Translations under genes and position numbers: made by a program
Notes under the pieces: generated by a model
Told to the model about the DNA's origin: nothing
The model's input: only the letters and a program-made list of their open reading frames with translations
The model's database searches: none
Part shown: in pieces, positions 29,555-40,304 of the stretch
How the letters are laid out: every line of letters starts with the position of its first letter
How positions within the stretch are numbered: the first letter of the stretch is position 1
Origin: a virus
Taxonomy: Duplodnaviria; Caudoviricetes
Strand: one strand, 5' to 3'
Virus record (IMG/VR): IMGVR_UViG_3300035501_000922
Length of the DNA: 64,000 nt

Positions 29555-32500
29555 TTAAATGCTGTTTAAGAAGAACAACAGCTCATCGCTGATCTTATCT
29601 TCGGAATAAAGTATTTCTTGACCCAGTAATTCAGGATTCTCATAAGTCACATACGTAAATCTCGTATTTATAAGTGTACTTAATAACGACAGAATGTAGT
29701 CCGGTTTAATCTGCTGTAACAAATTGTATTTATTAGTAATAAGATTTTGATAAAGATATGACTCTTCAATCTTAGAAATAAACTTGTTGTTACGAATTAT
29801 TCTTGTATTTACTCTATCTTCCAAGTTTCCTGTTAAAATATACGGCAATGCTGCTTGATGAACCTCACCGTTTTCATCTTTCTCATATCCCAGTTCGATA
29901 AGTAATTTCTTCTTAAGAAGTAATGCCAGTATAATATAATCTCTTCTAGTAAGTAAGTTTAAATCTCTATAAGACCCAAAATACTTTGTATAGTATGAGT
30001 ATATCAACTGAATTTGTATTTTTGATGGTGTAAGATGCTCTCTGTAATAATCAACCTCTTCTTCAGACAACGGTACATCAATGATCTTTCGGATCCTTTC
30101 AATTGTCTTTTGAATATTGATATCTGCAAACGTGGTAGCACCTTCATCTAACTTAGTTAGATTCATTGCCATTTTATCAATACCTGATAATCCATCACTA
30201 TTTTTTGTATTTGTAACTTCTGTTATATTTTTCTGGTACTGTTCTTTCAGGAAGTAATTAAGTTGAAATTTTATACATTTACTACCTCATGTTTCCATGC
30301 AGGATTAGACTATATCTTCATCTCTATATTCTATTACCAAATATAAAGAGCCACCCATTTCGGAATTAAAATCCTACTCTACTCAGTTACTCACTTAGAT
30401 ATTTCTTCTAAGCTACCTTTTCGATAGTCGTTGAACGTTCTTCAATAAAGAAGCTTCGCTGCTGATTGTCTCTATTCATTAGATTATTACACTTTGGTAC
30501 TAATGACCTAACAAGAAGTTCCCAGCAATTAGAGTGGTTTGTCCAGTGGTTTGCACCACTTTGCGACTATTAAATTTAATCGTTTTGTTAACCTTATATA
30601 TCTTGTCTTTCGACAAAGAAGTAGACTATATCTTCATCATATATTCTTTTACCAAATATATAATGCCTCCCATTTCGGATTTACTTAAATCCTACTCTAC
30701 TCGGTTACTCACTTAAGTATTTCTCTTAAGATACCCTTTCGATAGTCGTTGAACGTTCTTATATATTAAATTTAAATTATTTTAGTAGATTTTATTAGGT
30801 GGGGATTAAAAATTTTTATCATATTATTACTTCCTTTCATGTTTTTTAAATTCATAGTTACATGCAATAGTTTTCCACGATTTACCCGCATAGATTAATC
30901 CTATAGATTCGCTTGAAACACCTGTCTTTTCAGATATCTCAGCATATGTCTTATTGCCGGCTTGAAGCATCTCACAAACTAAATGAATTTGTTCCTTGGT
31001 ATACTTTATTTTGCATTTTCGTGCACTGACACTATATCTATCAATATCGTAATTTTTACTGATGTTATTCCATATTATATGATTACGAATTTGTTTTACT
31101 ACAGTGTATGAAACGTTAGTTAAATTTGAAATTTCTCTCATTGTTTTCAAATTTTCTTCAAGATATTTACATACCTTTTGAATTTGTTCATTCGTATACT
31201 CAGAATTTGGATGGTCTTCTCCGTCTTTTGCAGAACTTAGTCCAGTTTTCCACGCATGATGAATATTTTCTTTAGCTGTATTCCATTCTAAATTTGAAAC
31301 GCAGTTGTTATCAATATTCCCATCCTTATGGTTAACTTGTTCTTTATTTTCAGGATTTGGAATAAATGCCGATGCAACTAATCTATGGACTGCACAATAA
31401 TGGGGTTTACCATCTATATAGATAATAACATGATGGTACCCATCTTTGTCTAACCAATGCATAAGAATCTTTTTTGTTTGCTTCCTTATGCTTATTACTT
31501 CGCCATTTATTGTAACCATATATTTTGTTTTTATCCCGTTTAAATAAATCCACCTAATAAAATTATCATCTGTATAATCAATACCTAAAGTATCGATTAA
31601 AAATTGATTAAGTTGTTTTTTCTTACTCATAATTTATAAATATATAAGCTTCGCTGCGGATTGTCTCTATTCTTAACATTGTTACTATACCTTTGGAATT
31701 ACCCATTGCCATTATTATATTACTATAATAATTTAGTAGTTAAGACCTAACGAGAAGTTCCCCGCAATTAAAGAGGTTTTAATTGAGCTATAACTAACCC
31801 AATGATGTTCTCCTTGTACTTATGAAGTTTCGGATCCCAATGCTCGTTGAATTTATATTTAACTATATTTTCACTAATAAGAACAGTTTTTGTGAAGTGA
31901 TTAATTACAGTGTATACATCTGTACCAAAAATCTCCCTTTGTTCAAAGATAGGGGCATTATTACTATTTGATTCTAAAACCTTGGCTTTGCATAATTTTC
32001 ATATAAGTTTGTTATCACTTATACAGTTTTGTTATAAACTTCTTCATGTTTCCATGAATGATAAGACTATATCTTCATCTTTATTTCTGTTACCAAAATA
32101 TAGATGCCTACCATTTCCACTCTACTTAGAGTGTACTCTACTCACTTCCAGTTACCGTATTTCTCAAATAACCGTGTTTTCGATAGTCGTTGAACGTTCT
32201 TCCATTAGGAAGCTTCGCTGCTGATTGTCTCTATTCATTAGATTATTACACTTTGGTACTAATGACCTAACGAGAGTTCCCAGCAATTAGATAGGTTGCA
32301 ATAATACATCGCTGTATTACGACGCCATTAATTAACGTAGCAGTAAAGTTTGTTGTACATATTAATTTCTTGTAATGCATAATACGTACCAGATTCAGTA
32401 TAATAGTATGTCAGCCTTCTATCTGAACTTTTTACAGGAGTTAATTCTTTATTTTTAACGCCTTCATCAATAAATGATTGGGGCACATTATTATCAAGGA

Positions 32501-33170
32501 TATTACCGTTTTCATCTTTGAGTTCGTACGTTGTTCCATAACCAAAAATCTTAAAAAGATCCTGATAGAATCTGAAGATAATATCTGTATCTTTACCAGC
32601 TTTAATAACATTTAAAGCTAGATAATGAAATAATACAGGAGACATAATTTTCATACCGAAAGATATTCTTAAAAGAATCTTAATATGCTGATTGGTGAAT
32701 TCAAGACTCTCCAAGTGTTTCTTTTCGTTTTTCATATATTTTTTCTTCTCTTCGCTGTCTCCCTCTATGTCATCAAGATAATTATCTTCGACCATACGAA
32801 CTATCTTATCAACCATAGTTGGTGTAAAAATGACCTCATAGATAAAATCTATGAAAGCATTCATGTTTTCTTCGGTAAATCTTTTCTCCTTGTCAAGAGA
32901 AAATTTCAACTTCAAATAAGCTGTTGCAAGCTCATTATCAGTATCATAAAGATTCATAAAGAAGTTAGTGTACTTGGTAATAATACCTAACTGATTCTCA
33001 TATGAACCCTTGTTTATAATAAACTTATTATAAACTCTCAGATTTGAATAACCAAATATCTTATCGAAATGACAAACAAAGAGCTTGCCATCAGGTTCGA
33101 CAAATACCTGATTTTTCTTTGGTTTCCAAGTGTTAATCTTGGATGTTTTACGTTGTTTTTCTTCCGCCAT
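29555..33170 (-). CDS. conserved core protein, probable sigma-like promoter-specificity subunit of the nvRNAP (AR9 gp226-like); 4 exons (about 587 aa)
   Basis: Exons 33170-32335, 31990-31797, 30591-30579 and 30275-29555 join in frame (YCYV|KAKV...NIIG|FNKTI|IKFQL). The function is inferred only from synteny two genes from GroEL. Confidence 0.6.
30276..30578 (-). mobile_element. group I intron (sigma-like gene intron 3, ORF-less)
   Basis: P1 CGAU/GUCG; full core; terminal G at 30276. Confidence 0.85.
30592..31796 (-). mobile_element. group I intron (sigma-like gene intron 2) carrying an HNH ORF
   Basis: P1 AUUGGGU/GCUCAAU; Q at about 31650-31665, R and S at about 30620-30755; terminal G at 30592. 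Confidence 0.85.
30827..31630 (-). CDS. intron-encoded HNH homing endonuclease
   Basis: VHRLVASAFIPNPENKEQVNHKDGNIDNNCVSNLEW followed by two HTH-like modules. Confidence 0.9.
   Translation of the reverse strand: MSKKKQLNQFLIDTLGIDYTDDNFIRWIYLNGIKTKYMVTINGEVISIRKQTKKILMHWLDKDGYHHVIIYIDGKPHYCAVHRLVASAFIPNPENKEQVNHKDGNIDNNCVSNLEWNTAKENIHHAWKTGLSSAKDGEDHPNSEYTNEQIQKVCKYLEENLKTMREISNLTNVSYTVVKQIRNHIIWNNISKNYDIDRYSVSARKCKIKYTKEQIHLVCEMLQAGNKTYAEISEKTGVSSESIGLIYAGKSWKTIACNYEFKKHERK
31991..32334 (-). mobile_element. group I intron (sigma-like gene intron 1, ORF-less)
   Basis: P1 ACGU/GCGU; full core; terminal G at 31991; GT|C restores Val. Confidence 0.85.
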
Positions 33171-33250
33171 GATGTTTACCCCTCCTGATTTATTATGAAA
33201 AGTTGATGTACGAAGATATAATATATAAGCAAAAGATCAATTTAATAAAA

Positions 33251-34057
33251 TTACCCTTTCCTTTTTGTACTCTTCCTAGCAACTTTTTTAGTAATTCTAT
33301 GCCCACCAGTAATTTTTACAGTACGATGTACTGACCTATTACCATTCCGTGAAGTAGACGTACTTGCAGATATTCTATGAAGATCTGATAGTCTCTTTTG
33401 TGTTCTCTTTCTTTCAGCATTATTTTTGTTTTCAATATCTCTTTTAAGCTTTCTCTCAGTATTTAATAAATCATGGTCAAACTTAACAGATTTGAAATCG
33501 CTGATATCAGAGAAGAATTTTTCAGGTGTTTTCTTTTTTTGTAAAAGAATACCGAACTTACTTAAATACCTGAATCGACCATCAGATAGAAACTTGCATG
33601 CGAAGTAAATAGACTTATCGTATGAAAGAATCATATCCGAATTGGTCTTCTCAGGCATTACATCCTTGTAATCAGAGTCTAACTTATCATATAAATCTTT
33701 AATCAAGTAATCTTCTTTCTTATATAGGGCGGCATATTTATAAATAAATCCGGGGCTATTAGAAAAGAACTGCATATAATATGCACGTAAGCTATTGGTT
33801 AATTCGAGCTCAGGTTTATCAGTAAAGAGTCTAATTACTACATCATATTCATAACGTCCATCTTTTTGAGATTCGGACGGTACTTTAACATGAATATAGT
33901 AGGATTTTTCAATAACTGTATATCCTGCAATATAAATTTTATTCGATTTAACAAACTCATTATACAATTTTTCATACTTAGTATTTTTTTGCATAGAGTC
34001 CGTTCTACCGAAAGGAGCCCACATAAAATCACTTATAGTCTGGTATTTTTTAGACAT
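33251..34057 (-). CDS. hypothetical protein with a basic C-terminal tail
   Basis: 268-aa ORF with AAGGAG RBS, between GroEL and the sigma-like gene. Confidence 0.8.
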   Translation of the reverse strand: MSKKYQTISDFMWAPFGRTDSMQKNTKYEKLYNEFVKSNKIYIAGYTVIEKSYYIHVKVPSESQKDGRYEYDVVIRLFTDKPELELTNSLRAYYMQFFSNSPGFIYKYAALYKKEDYLIKDLYDKLDSDYKDVMPEKTNSDMILSYDKSIYFACKFLSDGRFRYLSKFGILLQKKKTPEKFFSDISDFKSVKFDHDLLNTERKLKRDIENKNNAERKRTQKRLSDLHRISASTSTSRNGNRSVHRTVKITGGHRITKKVARKSTKRKG

Positions 34058-34078
34058 GATAAATCAGACTCCTTTCAA

Positions 34079-36118
34079 TTAAAAATTATGCTTTTGTGTT
34101 ACAACCATCTGGTTTCCTGTAATAAGGAGAGAAATTAAATCAATTGTAGCTTTAAGAATCTCCTCATCCGTTTGTGCACTGTTAATAACGTTATTGGTAA
34201 ATGACTTAGTAGATACATCAAAAACACAACCATTTGCAACGGAATAATTAATAATAATATCGTGCAAAGATGTTGTAACTGTTTTATCTGTTGAATGAAT
34301 CTTTTCTATAGCATTATTGAATGATTCGTAATCTTTAAAAATCTGCTTAAACAAAGGAAGCTTATTAAAAAGATCTTCAGGAATAGTTCCATCAACTAAC
34401 TCAATTTCAATATCGTTAAATGCATTTGACAATACGGTACGATATACATCTTCAAATCCACCTTGAAGAATTTCGTATAAAGTTCTTGTCACATCATCAT
34501 AGTCACAACAAACTCTTTTATCAATAGCTCTTAAAAGGTCTACATTACAACCATTAACTACGCCATGATTGAATGCGGATGCAGCAGCCTTTATAGCATC
34601 ATCAACCGCATCTTTCAGTAACTTCTGGGAAAGTTCACTATCGGCTCCGACCTCGATAATACCCATTTTTAAGTTAAGTGAATAGAAGCGTTCTTGTGCC
34701 TGACTAACTTCAAGATTAAATGTACCAAGTTTCTGATATTTTGCTTCTGTCTCAGCAAGTGTATCTTTAGCATCTTTATATATAACATCAAATCTCTTTT
34801 CATCATATACAAAGCTGCCAAATACTGATGACTTCAGTCCAATCGAGCAATCCTTAACGTATCCAAGTCGAATCGGATTTTCTATAAGGTCAGGTAATCT
34901 ATAACCTTCAGGGAGCTCTTCTTGACCATAAGTAAAATTACTAGCAGTCAATGAACCAGCATTGTCATGAAGAATCATACACTTTGTACCCTGTATTTCT
35001 CGATTATGAATATTAAAGATTTCCCAAATATATCTACCATTATCGTACTCTTCAAAAATAGTCCTTTCAATAGGTCTATCAATAATAAGAGTATTAGTCA
35101 ATACTGCAAAATCTTCAATCAATCTTCTTGCATGAGCAGAAGTAGACTTATAGGTTGTTAAAACCATATTAATATCCTTATTCTTCTGGTACTCATTGTT
35201 TAAGTCACGAGCAATTACTTGTCTTAAAGCAACCTCATCATATAAAGGTGCTGCAACAATGAGATGACGTCCCATGTACTTACTCTGTTCATTCAGAGGT
35301 TTGAGAATCTTCTCATATGTATCTTTCGTAACTTTTGTAGAGAATATTACAATGTCAGCGTCGGAAAGCTTCATTGTATCATCATCTGAATTTATGTATA
35401 ACTTATCGGTGAGCGTTAAGTCAAACTTATAGCCATCAATAAGTCTTTTCTTTGTAATTCCATCAGGAGCAAGCATACAGCTGATAGCAGGACAACCAAG
35501 TTCCTTATATAAGTCAGATATATATTCTGTTATTTCTTCATCACCATTACTAGAGATATAAACAACATCGTAGATATTTTTATATAAAGTTTCAGGGTCA
35601 TCACTGCGAATTACTCTTACATATTCTTGTAAGTCTTTAACAAGGTCTTCCTTGATTTTATTATACTTCTTGATAATATCTCTAGGAAGGATGGAATGAT
35701 TATTTAACCAATCCCTTCTTTCAATGTAATTCTGATAAATGCTATTTGTTGCAATTACTGCAGATGTTGTTCCATCACCAACTGAATAATTCAAACGTCC
35801 GCATATATCAGCTGCCATGTCGGCAATTGCTTGGTCAACGAGTGTTTCAGACGCATCCATTGAAAGATTTTTCATGATTGTATATCCGTCTTTAGTCACA
35901 TGGCTCCACGGATAATTATAAATTAACGTGGGTGCACCATAAGGACCAAAAGATTTAGATAGAGTTTTCCAAAGAAGATGAAAAACCTTCTGGATTCTCT
36001 CTTCAAACTCTTCCTTGGAAATTACATTAACGGCAGGATCCTTCTTGAATCTTCTACCATCTTCAGAACTCATATCGGTACCGACGTTGAGTTCTTTAAC
36101 TTCACCATTGTTTGCCAT
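34079..36118 (-). CDS. groEL: GroEL-like chaperonin
   Basis: SFGPYG, VTKDGYTI, GDGTTSA, ISSNGD, DAVDDAIKAA and GVVNG motifs. Confidence 0.9.
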   Translation of the reverse strand: MANNGEVKELNVGTDMSSEDGRRFKKDPAVNVISKEEFEERIQKVFHLLWKTLSKSFGPYGAPTLIYNYPWSHVTKDGYTIMKNLSMDASETLVDQAIADMAADICGRLNYSVGDGTTSAVIATNSIYQNYIERRDWLNNHSILPRDIIKKYNKIKEDLVKDLQEYVRVIRSDDPETLYKNIYDVVYISSNGDEEITEYISDLYKELGCPAISCMLAPDGITKKRLIDGYKFDLTLTDKLYINSDDDTMKLSDADIVIFSTKVTKDTYEKILKPLNEQSKYMGRHLIVAAPLYDEVALRQVIARDLNNEYQKNKDINMVLTTYKSTSAHARRLIEDFAVLTNTLIIDRPIERTIFEEYDNGRYIWEIFNIHNREIQGTKCMILHDNAGSLTASNFTYGQEELPEGYRLPDLIENPIRLGYVKDCSIGLKSSVFGSFVYDEKRFDVIYKDAKDTLAETEAKYQKLGTFNLEVSQAQERFYSLNLKMGIIEVGADSELSQKLLKDAVDDAIKAAASAFNHGVVNGCNVDLLRAIDKRVCCDYDDVTRTLYEILQGGFEDVYRTVLSNAFNDIEIELVDGTIPEDLFNKLPLFKQIFKDYESFNNAIEKIHSTDKTVTTSLHDIIINYSVANGCVFDVSTKSFTNNVINSAQTDEEILKATIDLISLLITGNQMVVTQKHNF

Positions 36119-36172
36119 AAATAAATCTCCCTTCAAAAAATGTTAGAAAACTGTTGTGAGCAATATGCTATT

Positions 36173-36883
36173 CTAGTTCAATCGTGTTATGTCGAAGAAA
36201 TCATATTTAAATACATACTCTTTACTAAGCTTTCCAAAATCAACTTTATAATTATCCTTGTCTATCATATTATACCTATAACCATTAGGTATTAATACGG
36301 ATGCACATTTAAGTTTTCCAGTTTCAGCTAAGATATTAATTTTATTAATATCCGAAAAAACAAATGTTGAATCATTCGGAATCTTAGCAATAACACTTCG
36401 AAAATCACCACATACAAATTCAGCTTTCTTTCCGTATAAACGAGTTATATCACTTCTAATAAATGGATTATCATCTTTATCATATATGACAACACGCTTT
36501 ATCAGTTTTTCTTGTGCTACAGCAAGTCTTATAACATCAGCAAAACTTAATTCTGAATTAATAGTAAAAAACTCATCAGTTGCATGTAAATAATTTCTCA
36601 ATAAATCATCATGAAAACCCTCAGGTATTTTTTCAACAGGGATACGAATTGGTAAATCTTTAAAGAAGTTTATATGTCTTCTATTGATGTACCATTCGAA
36701 TAATGATGGGGTATCTAACATTTTTATTTCGGTAGTATCAAAAATATTCTCAATATTATCATTGTCTTTAAGAGCTACGAGTAACACAAACATTGGCATT
36801 TTAATAACATCGTGGTACTCTACAAATAAACACTGAGAATTATAGAATATTGTGTCTTTGGTAACATACACATGCTTTTCCAT
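36173..36883 (-). CDS. hypothetical protein
   Basis: 236-aa ORF with AAGGAG RBS. Confidence 0.8.
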   Translation of the reverse strand: MEKHVYVTKDTIFYNSQCLFVEYHDVIKMPMFVLLVALKDNDNIENIFDTTEIKMLDTPSLFEWYINRRHINFFKDLPIRIPVEKIPEGFHDDLLRNYLHATDEFFTINSELSFADVIRLAVAQEKLIKRVVIYDKDDNPFIRSDITRLYGKKAEFVCGDFRSVIAKIPNDSTFVFSDINKINILAETGKLKCASVLIPNGYRYNMIDKDNYKVDFGKLSKEYVFKYDFFDITRLN

Positions 36884-36947
36884 AAATATTTCTCCTTTTA
36901 TAAATATAAAACAGCGAATTAGATTTCTCTAATTCGCTGTTTAACCA

Positions 36948-37649
36948 TTATGACATTGGTAAGAAATCACTCATGTCTCCGCTATAAGTATTAGTCGGGG
37001 CAGAGTAGTTATTATTACCAGAGCCATATGATGTATTCTGGTTATTATTCCTATATAATGCTTTATTAGCATTGGAATAATTAATTGAATGTGCAGTCAT
37101 AGGTACAAGGGACTGACAACCTTCAATTTTTTTCATGAAATTGTACAGGTCAGCTTCAACAGGAACTTCAGTTCCAGCACCTGTAATATAGTTATACCCA
37201 GTCATAAAGCTCTTCTTATTAAACTTATGTCTGAGAACATTTTCTTCATTAGTGACACCATCTTCATTTAAAGCCGTTGCAATTTCGAGATAAGCATCTT
37301 TTCCATCATAATAAATAGAAAGAGCTTTACGATTCTCATTATTTCCGATAGAAATTGTAACCTTTGCTTCAGTTGAATTTTCGATGGCAGGTTTAATTTC
37401 CTTATTAAAACCTTCAAACAGTGCAATTGCATTTTCTTCTCGTATTGATGTATTAATCTGCTGTGAAATTTCAGTTGCATATTGTGTTACACCGGTAGAA
37501 TCCTTGCCAACTGCAGGCTGTAGTTTAATTGATAAATTCCTATTCCAACCACCAACACTTAAAAGTGATGTATCGGAATACGATGTGTAAAATGAAGTAT
37601 TAATATTAACCCCATTTCCATTGTTATTCTGTCTTCTCGCGAACATCAT
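36948..37649 (-). CDS. hypothetical protein, possibly ssDNA-binding
   Basis: Beta-rich body, N/S/Y-rich linker and an acidic-hydrophobic tip DMSDFLPMS reminiscent of SSB tails (inference). Confidence 0.45.
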   Translation of the reverse strand: MMFARRQNNNGNGVNINTSFYTSYSDTSLLSVGGWNRNLSIKLQPAVGKDSTGVTQYATEISQQINTSIREENAIALFEGFNKEIKPAIENSTEAKVTISIGNNENRKALSIYYDGKDAYLEIATALNEDGVTNEENVLRHKFNKKSFMTGYNYITGAGTEVPVEADLYNFMKKIEGCQSLVPMTAHSINYSNANKALYRNNNQNTSYGSGNNNYSAPTNTYSGDMSDFLPMS

Positions 37650-37696
37650 AGTCAAAAGACTCCTTTCAAAATATAATTGTTTTTTATTACTAAAGA

Positions 37697-38482
37697 TTAT
37701 TCATCTGTAGTTTCAATATTGTTTTCCTCATTATTCTTTTTCCTTTTGGGATAATTCTTTAATATTTTATTTCGTATCTTTGATTCTAATTCAACAAAGA
37801 AGTTTTCATCAATCATTTTAATATAGTCTTGAATAAAATTACCTGTTATTAAGAATTCATCAAATTTCTCTTCTACAAATTCTGTTTCAAGACAATTACT
37901 ATCTGATTTGATTAATTCAAAGAAATCATCAACTGTTAATTCTTGAGATAGAATATAACGAATTACTGAACCTAGATTAGAAAGAATGATTACATCATTT
38001 TCATCATTAATTTCAACTTTGAAATTAAGTGTAGTAACATCCCTTTTCTTAGGTGCAATCTCTTCGTCAACAAGTTCTTCTTTATGCTCATTAATATAAT
38101 TTATTATTAATGTGACAAAGTTCTTTTTTATATTCTTAATGAAGAATCTATATGTTAAAAGAATTAGTTCATGTTGGTCATCATCTTCTGCATCTTCAAT
38201 ATCAGGAAAACCTATAGAGAGATAGGTATCAAAAATATTAATAATAAACTTAATAAATTGGTCATGCATCTGCTCTAAGTTTTCTTGTTCTTCTTCATAT
38301 AAATTCTCTTTACTAAAATCATATTTGGTAATAAATGTTTGTATATAATCTTTTTTTCGATATTCTAGTGGATCTTGAAATTGTGATTCAATTGCTTTTT
38401 CTAATAAATTTAACGGAACCTCTGATAAAAAAAGTTCGTCCTCAATATCAGTAGGCTCGTATTCAAATTCTGTATTCCACAC
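37697..38482 (-). CDS. hypothetical acidic protein
   Basis: 261-aa ORF, GTG start, AAGGAG RBS. Confidence 0.75.
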   Translation of the reverse strand: MWNTEFEYEPTDIEDELFLSEVPLNLLEKAIESQFQDPLEYRKKDYIQTFITKYDFSKENLYEEEQENLEQMHDQFIKFIINIFDTYLSIGFPDIEDAEDDDQHELILLTYRFFIKNIKKNFVTLIINYINEHKEELVDEEIAPKKRDVTTLNFKVEINDENDVIILSNLGSVIRYILSQELTVDDFFELIKSDSNCLETEFVEEKFDEFLITGNFIQDYIKMIDENFFVELESKIRNKILKNYPKRKKNNEENNIETTDE

Positions 38483-38516
38483 AACGTAAAACTCCTTTCA
38501 GATTAAAGTTTCCTCT

Positions 38517-38906
38517 TTATAAAAATTTCGGCTCATTTAAAGCTTTAACTTTAAGTTCACATTGATATTGAAAATCACATTCATTATCGCAACCACATGA
38601 ACTGGTTTCTGTTTTTTCAGGATTTTGTGGACATGTGTTATATAAACCACAGTTAGTATGAGGACAGTAAGACTCACGTATACATTTCTGTGATCCTGCA
38701 TGAAGTTTATGGTTTATATAATCTAGACTTGTAGTCTGGGTAAACTGTGGATATATAAATGTTACTGTTCTGCCACAATTACAACAACGTAATGTATGAC
38801 CTACTACGTTATTAAGATTATCAATAATATCAGTGTAAAGTTTATTTTTACAACCACAGTAATGACATTTCTCAAGCATCGTTTCCGAACGTGCAAATTC
38901 TCTCAT
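38517..38906 (-). CDS. Cys-rich zinc-binding protein
   Basis: CHYCGC, CCNCG and further Cys clusters; AAGGAG RBS. Confidence 0.7.
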   Translation of the reverse strand: MREFARSETMLEKCHYCGCKNKLYTDIIDNLNNVVGHTLRCCNCGRTVTFIYPQFTQTTSLDYINHKLHAGSQKCIRESYCPHTNCGLYNTCPQNPEKTETSSCGCDNECDFQYQCELKVKALNEPKFL

Positions 38907-39037
38907 TTAAAAGCACTCCTTTAAATAAAAATTTTTATTTAATTGTCGTTCTATCCGTAAAATGAGTCTTTTCATTTATATATTATTTTCGTGTAATTGA
39001 ATAAGAAATAGAGAAATTCGATTATACATAAATAAAA

Positions 39038-39092
39038 TAGGTCGCCTGAACCTAGTCAAAAGAAAGGCATTTAAAATACTGGGAGGTATTTT
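39038..39092 (+). promoter_or_regulatory. TAGGTCGCC pseudoknot-type 5' leader, copy 2
   Basis: TAGGTCGCCTGAACCTAGTCAAAAGAAAGGCATTTAAAATACTGGGAGGTATT. Confidence 0.75.
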
Positions 39093-39093
39093 T

Positions 39094-39495
39094 ATGGCAA
39101 AATTTATTTGGAACACCTGGAACACCCGAAGAAAATTCAAGTCTGCGGTCAAAAGTGCACGAAAGACCGCACAAAAAAAGAATAAGCATGACGAGGCTAC
39201 AAGATGGCTTGTATTATTTAAACAAGCTGTGGCTGTCGAAGACAAATTTGATGCTGACGATGCATTGGAAAAAGTGTTCGACGATATACTCAAAACACAC
39301 TTTATTTGGTATGAGCTGTATGGATATGAGTTGAGAGAAATGTTTGAATTAATGGATTCATTTTATGAAGTTCTGTTAGAAGCCCACAATGAAGAGGGTT
39401 TCCTCAGTGACAGTGAAATGGAAGACGTACGACAGCTATGGATGGATGACGGAGGACTAAGAATAGCAGCATCCATATTATGCTGTAAGGCATAA
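39094..39495 (+). CDS. hypothetical protein
   Basis: GGAGG RBS; basic N-terminus and acidic C-terminus. Confidence 0.75.
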   Translation: MAKFIWNTWNTRRKFKSAVKSARKTAQKKNKHDEATRWLVLFKQAVAVEDKFDADDALEKVFDDILKTHFIWYELYGYELREMFELMDSFYEVLLEAHNEEGFLSDSEMEDVRQLWMDDGGLRIAASILCCKA

Positions 39496-39514
39496 TATAA
39501 TGAAAGGAGTAATT

Positions 39515-40189
39515 ATGAAAATCGAAAATAACATTATTATTGACTGTCCCGACAAAACCATCACTGAGGCGGTCATTCCTGACACTATAAGAGCTATCAG
39601 ACCGTATGCATTTTGCAAGTGCGTGTCACTTAAGAAAATCGCGTTTTCAGATAGCGTAAAATTTATTAAAAGTGCCGCATTTATGGGTTGCACTTCACTG
39701 GAGAGTGTGGTGCTACCTAAAAATCTAAAAAGGATTGAATCATACACATTTCAGTACTGCTCATCGCTTGAGAAAGTTATAATATCAAATAGCGTAACAA
39801 GCATTGGTGATTCGGCATTCAATAACTGCTCCTCACTTGAGGAGATCATAATCCCGAATAGTGTAACAAGCATTGGGGAGTTTGCATTTTGCAAGTGTGG
39901 ATCACTTAAGGGAATCACGCTTTCAGATAGCCTTGCAGTAATCGGTGAACACACGTTCAGTGAATGTGTGTCTCTTAAGGGAATCACAATCCCTGATAGC
40001 GTCGAAGTAATAGGCTATGGCGCTTTTTACGAATGTTCATCACTGAAAAGTGTAATAATACCGAGCAGTGTAACAGTCATCAAAAGATTTGCGTTTCACA
40101 AATGCCCGATTGAAAGTGTCGTGGTTCCACGCGATACGATCATCGAATATGGTGCGTTTGATGAACGCACGAAAATAATCAGAGTATAA
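39515..40189 (+). CDS. BspA-type LRR protein (LRR-6)
   Basis: LRR repeats; C-cap AFDERTKIIRV; start placed by the AAGGAG RBS. Confidence 0.9.
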   Translation: MKIENNIIIDCPDKTITEAVIPDTIRAIRPYAFCKCVSLKKIAFSDSVKFIKSAAFMGCTSLESVVLPKNLKRIESYTFQYCSSLEKVIISNSVTSIGDSAFNNCSSLEEIIIPNSVTSIGEFAFCKCGSLKGITLSDSLAVIGEHTFSECVSLKGITIPDSVEVIGYGAFYECSSLKSVIIPSSVTVIKRFAFHKCPIESVVVPRDTIIEYGAFDERTKIIRV

Positions 40190-40304
40190 AAATTAAGGTC
40201 GGCGGTTCATCTGCCGACCTTATTTTTTTCATATATTTATACATTATTTTTTCATATCTCGATGACTACAAATTAAATAAACTAAATATGAAAGGAAGAT
40301 TAAT

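Noticed and set aside
11823-32224. Short ORFs with LYLECTLLTS-like sequences (11823-12113, 31910-32224) as a protein family
   Set aside because: They are antisense translations of the conserved intron core
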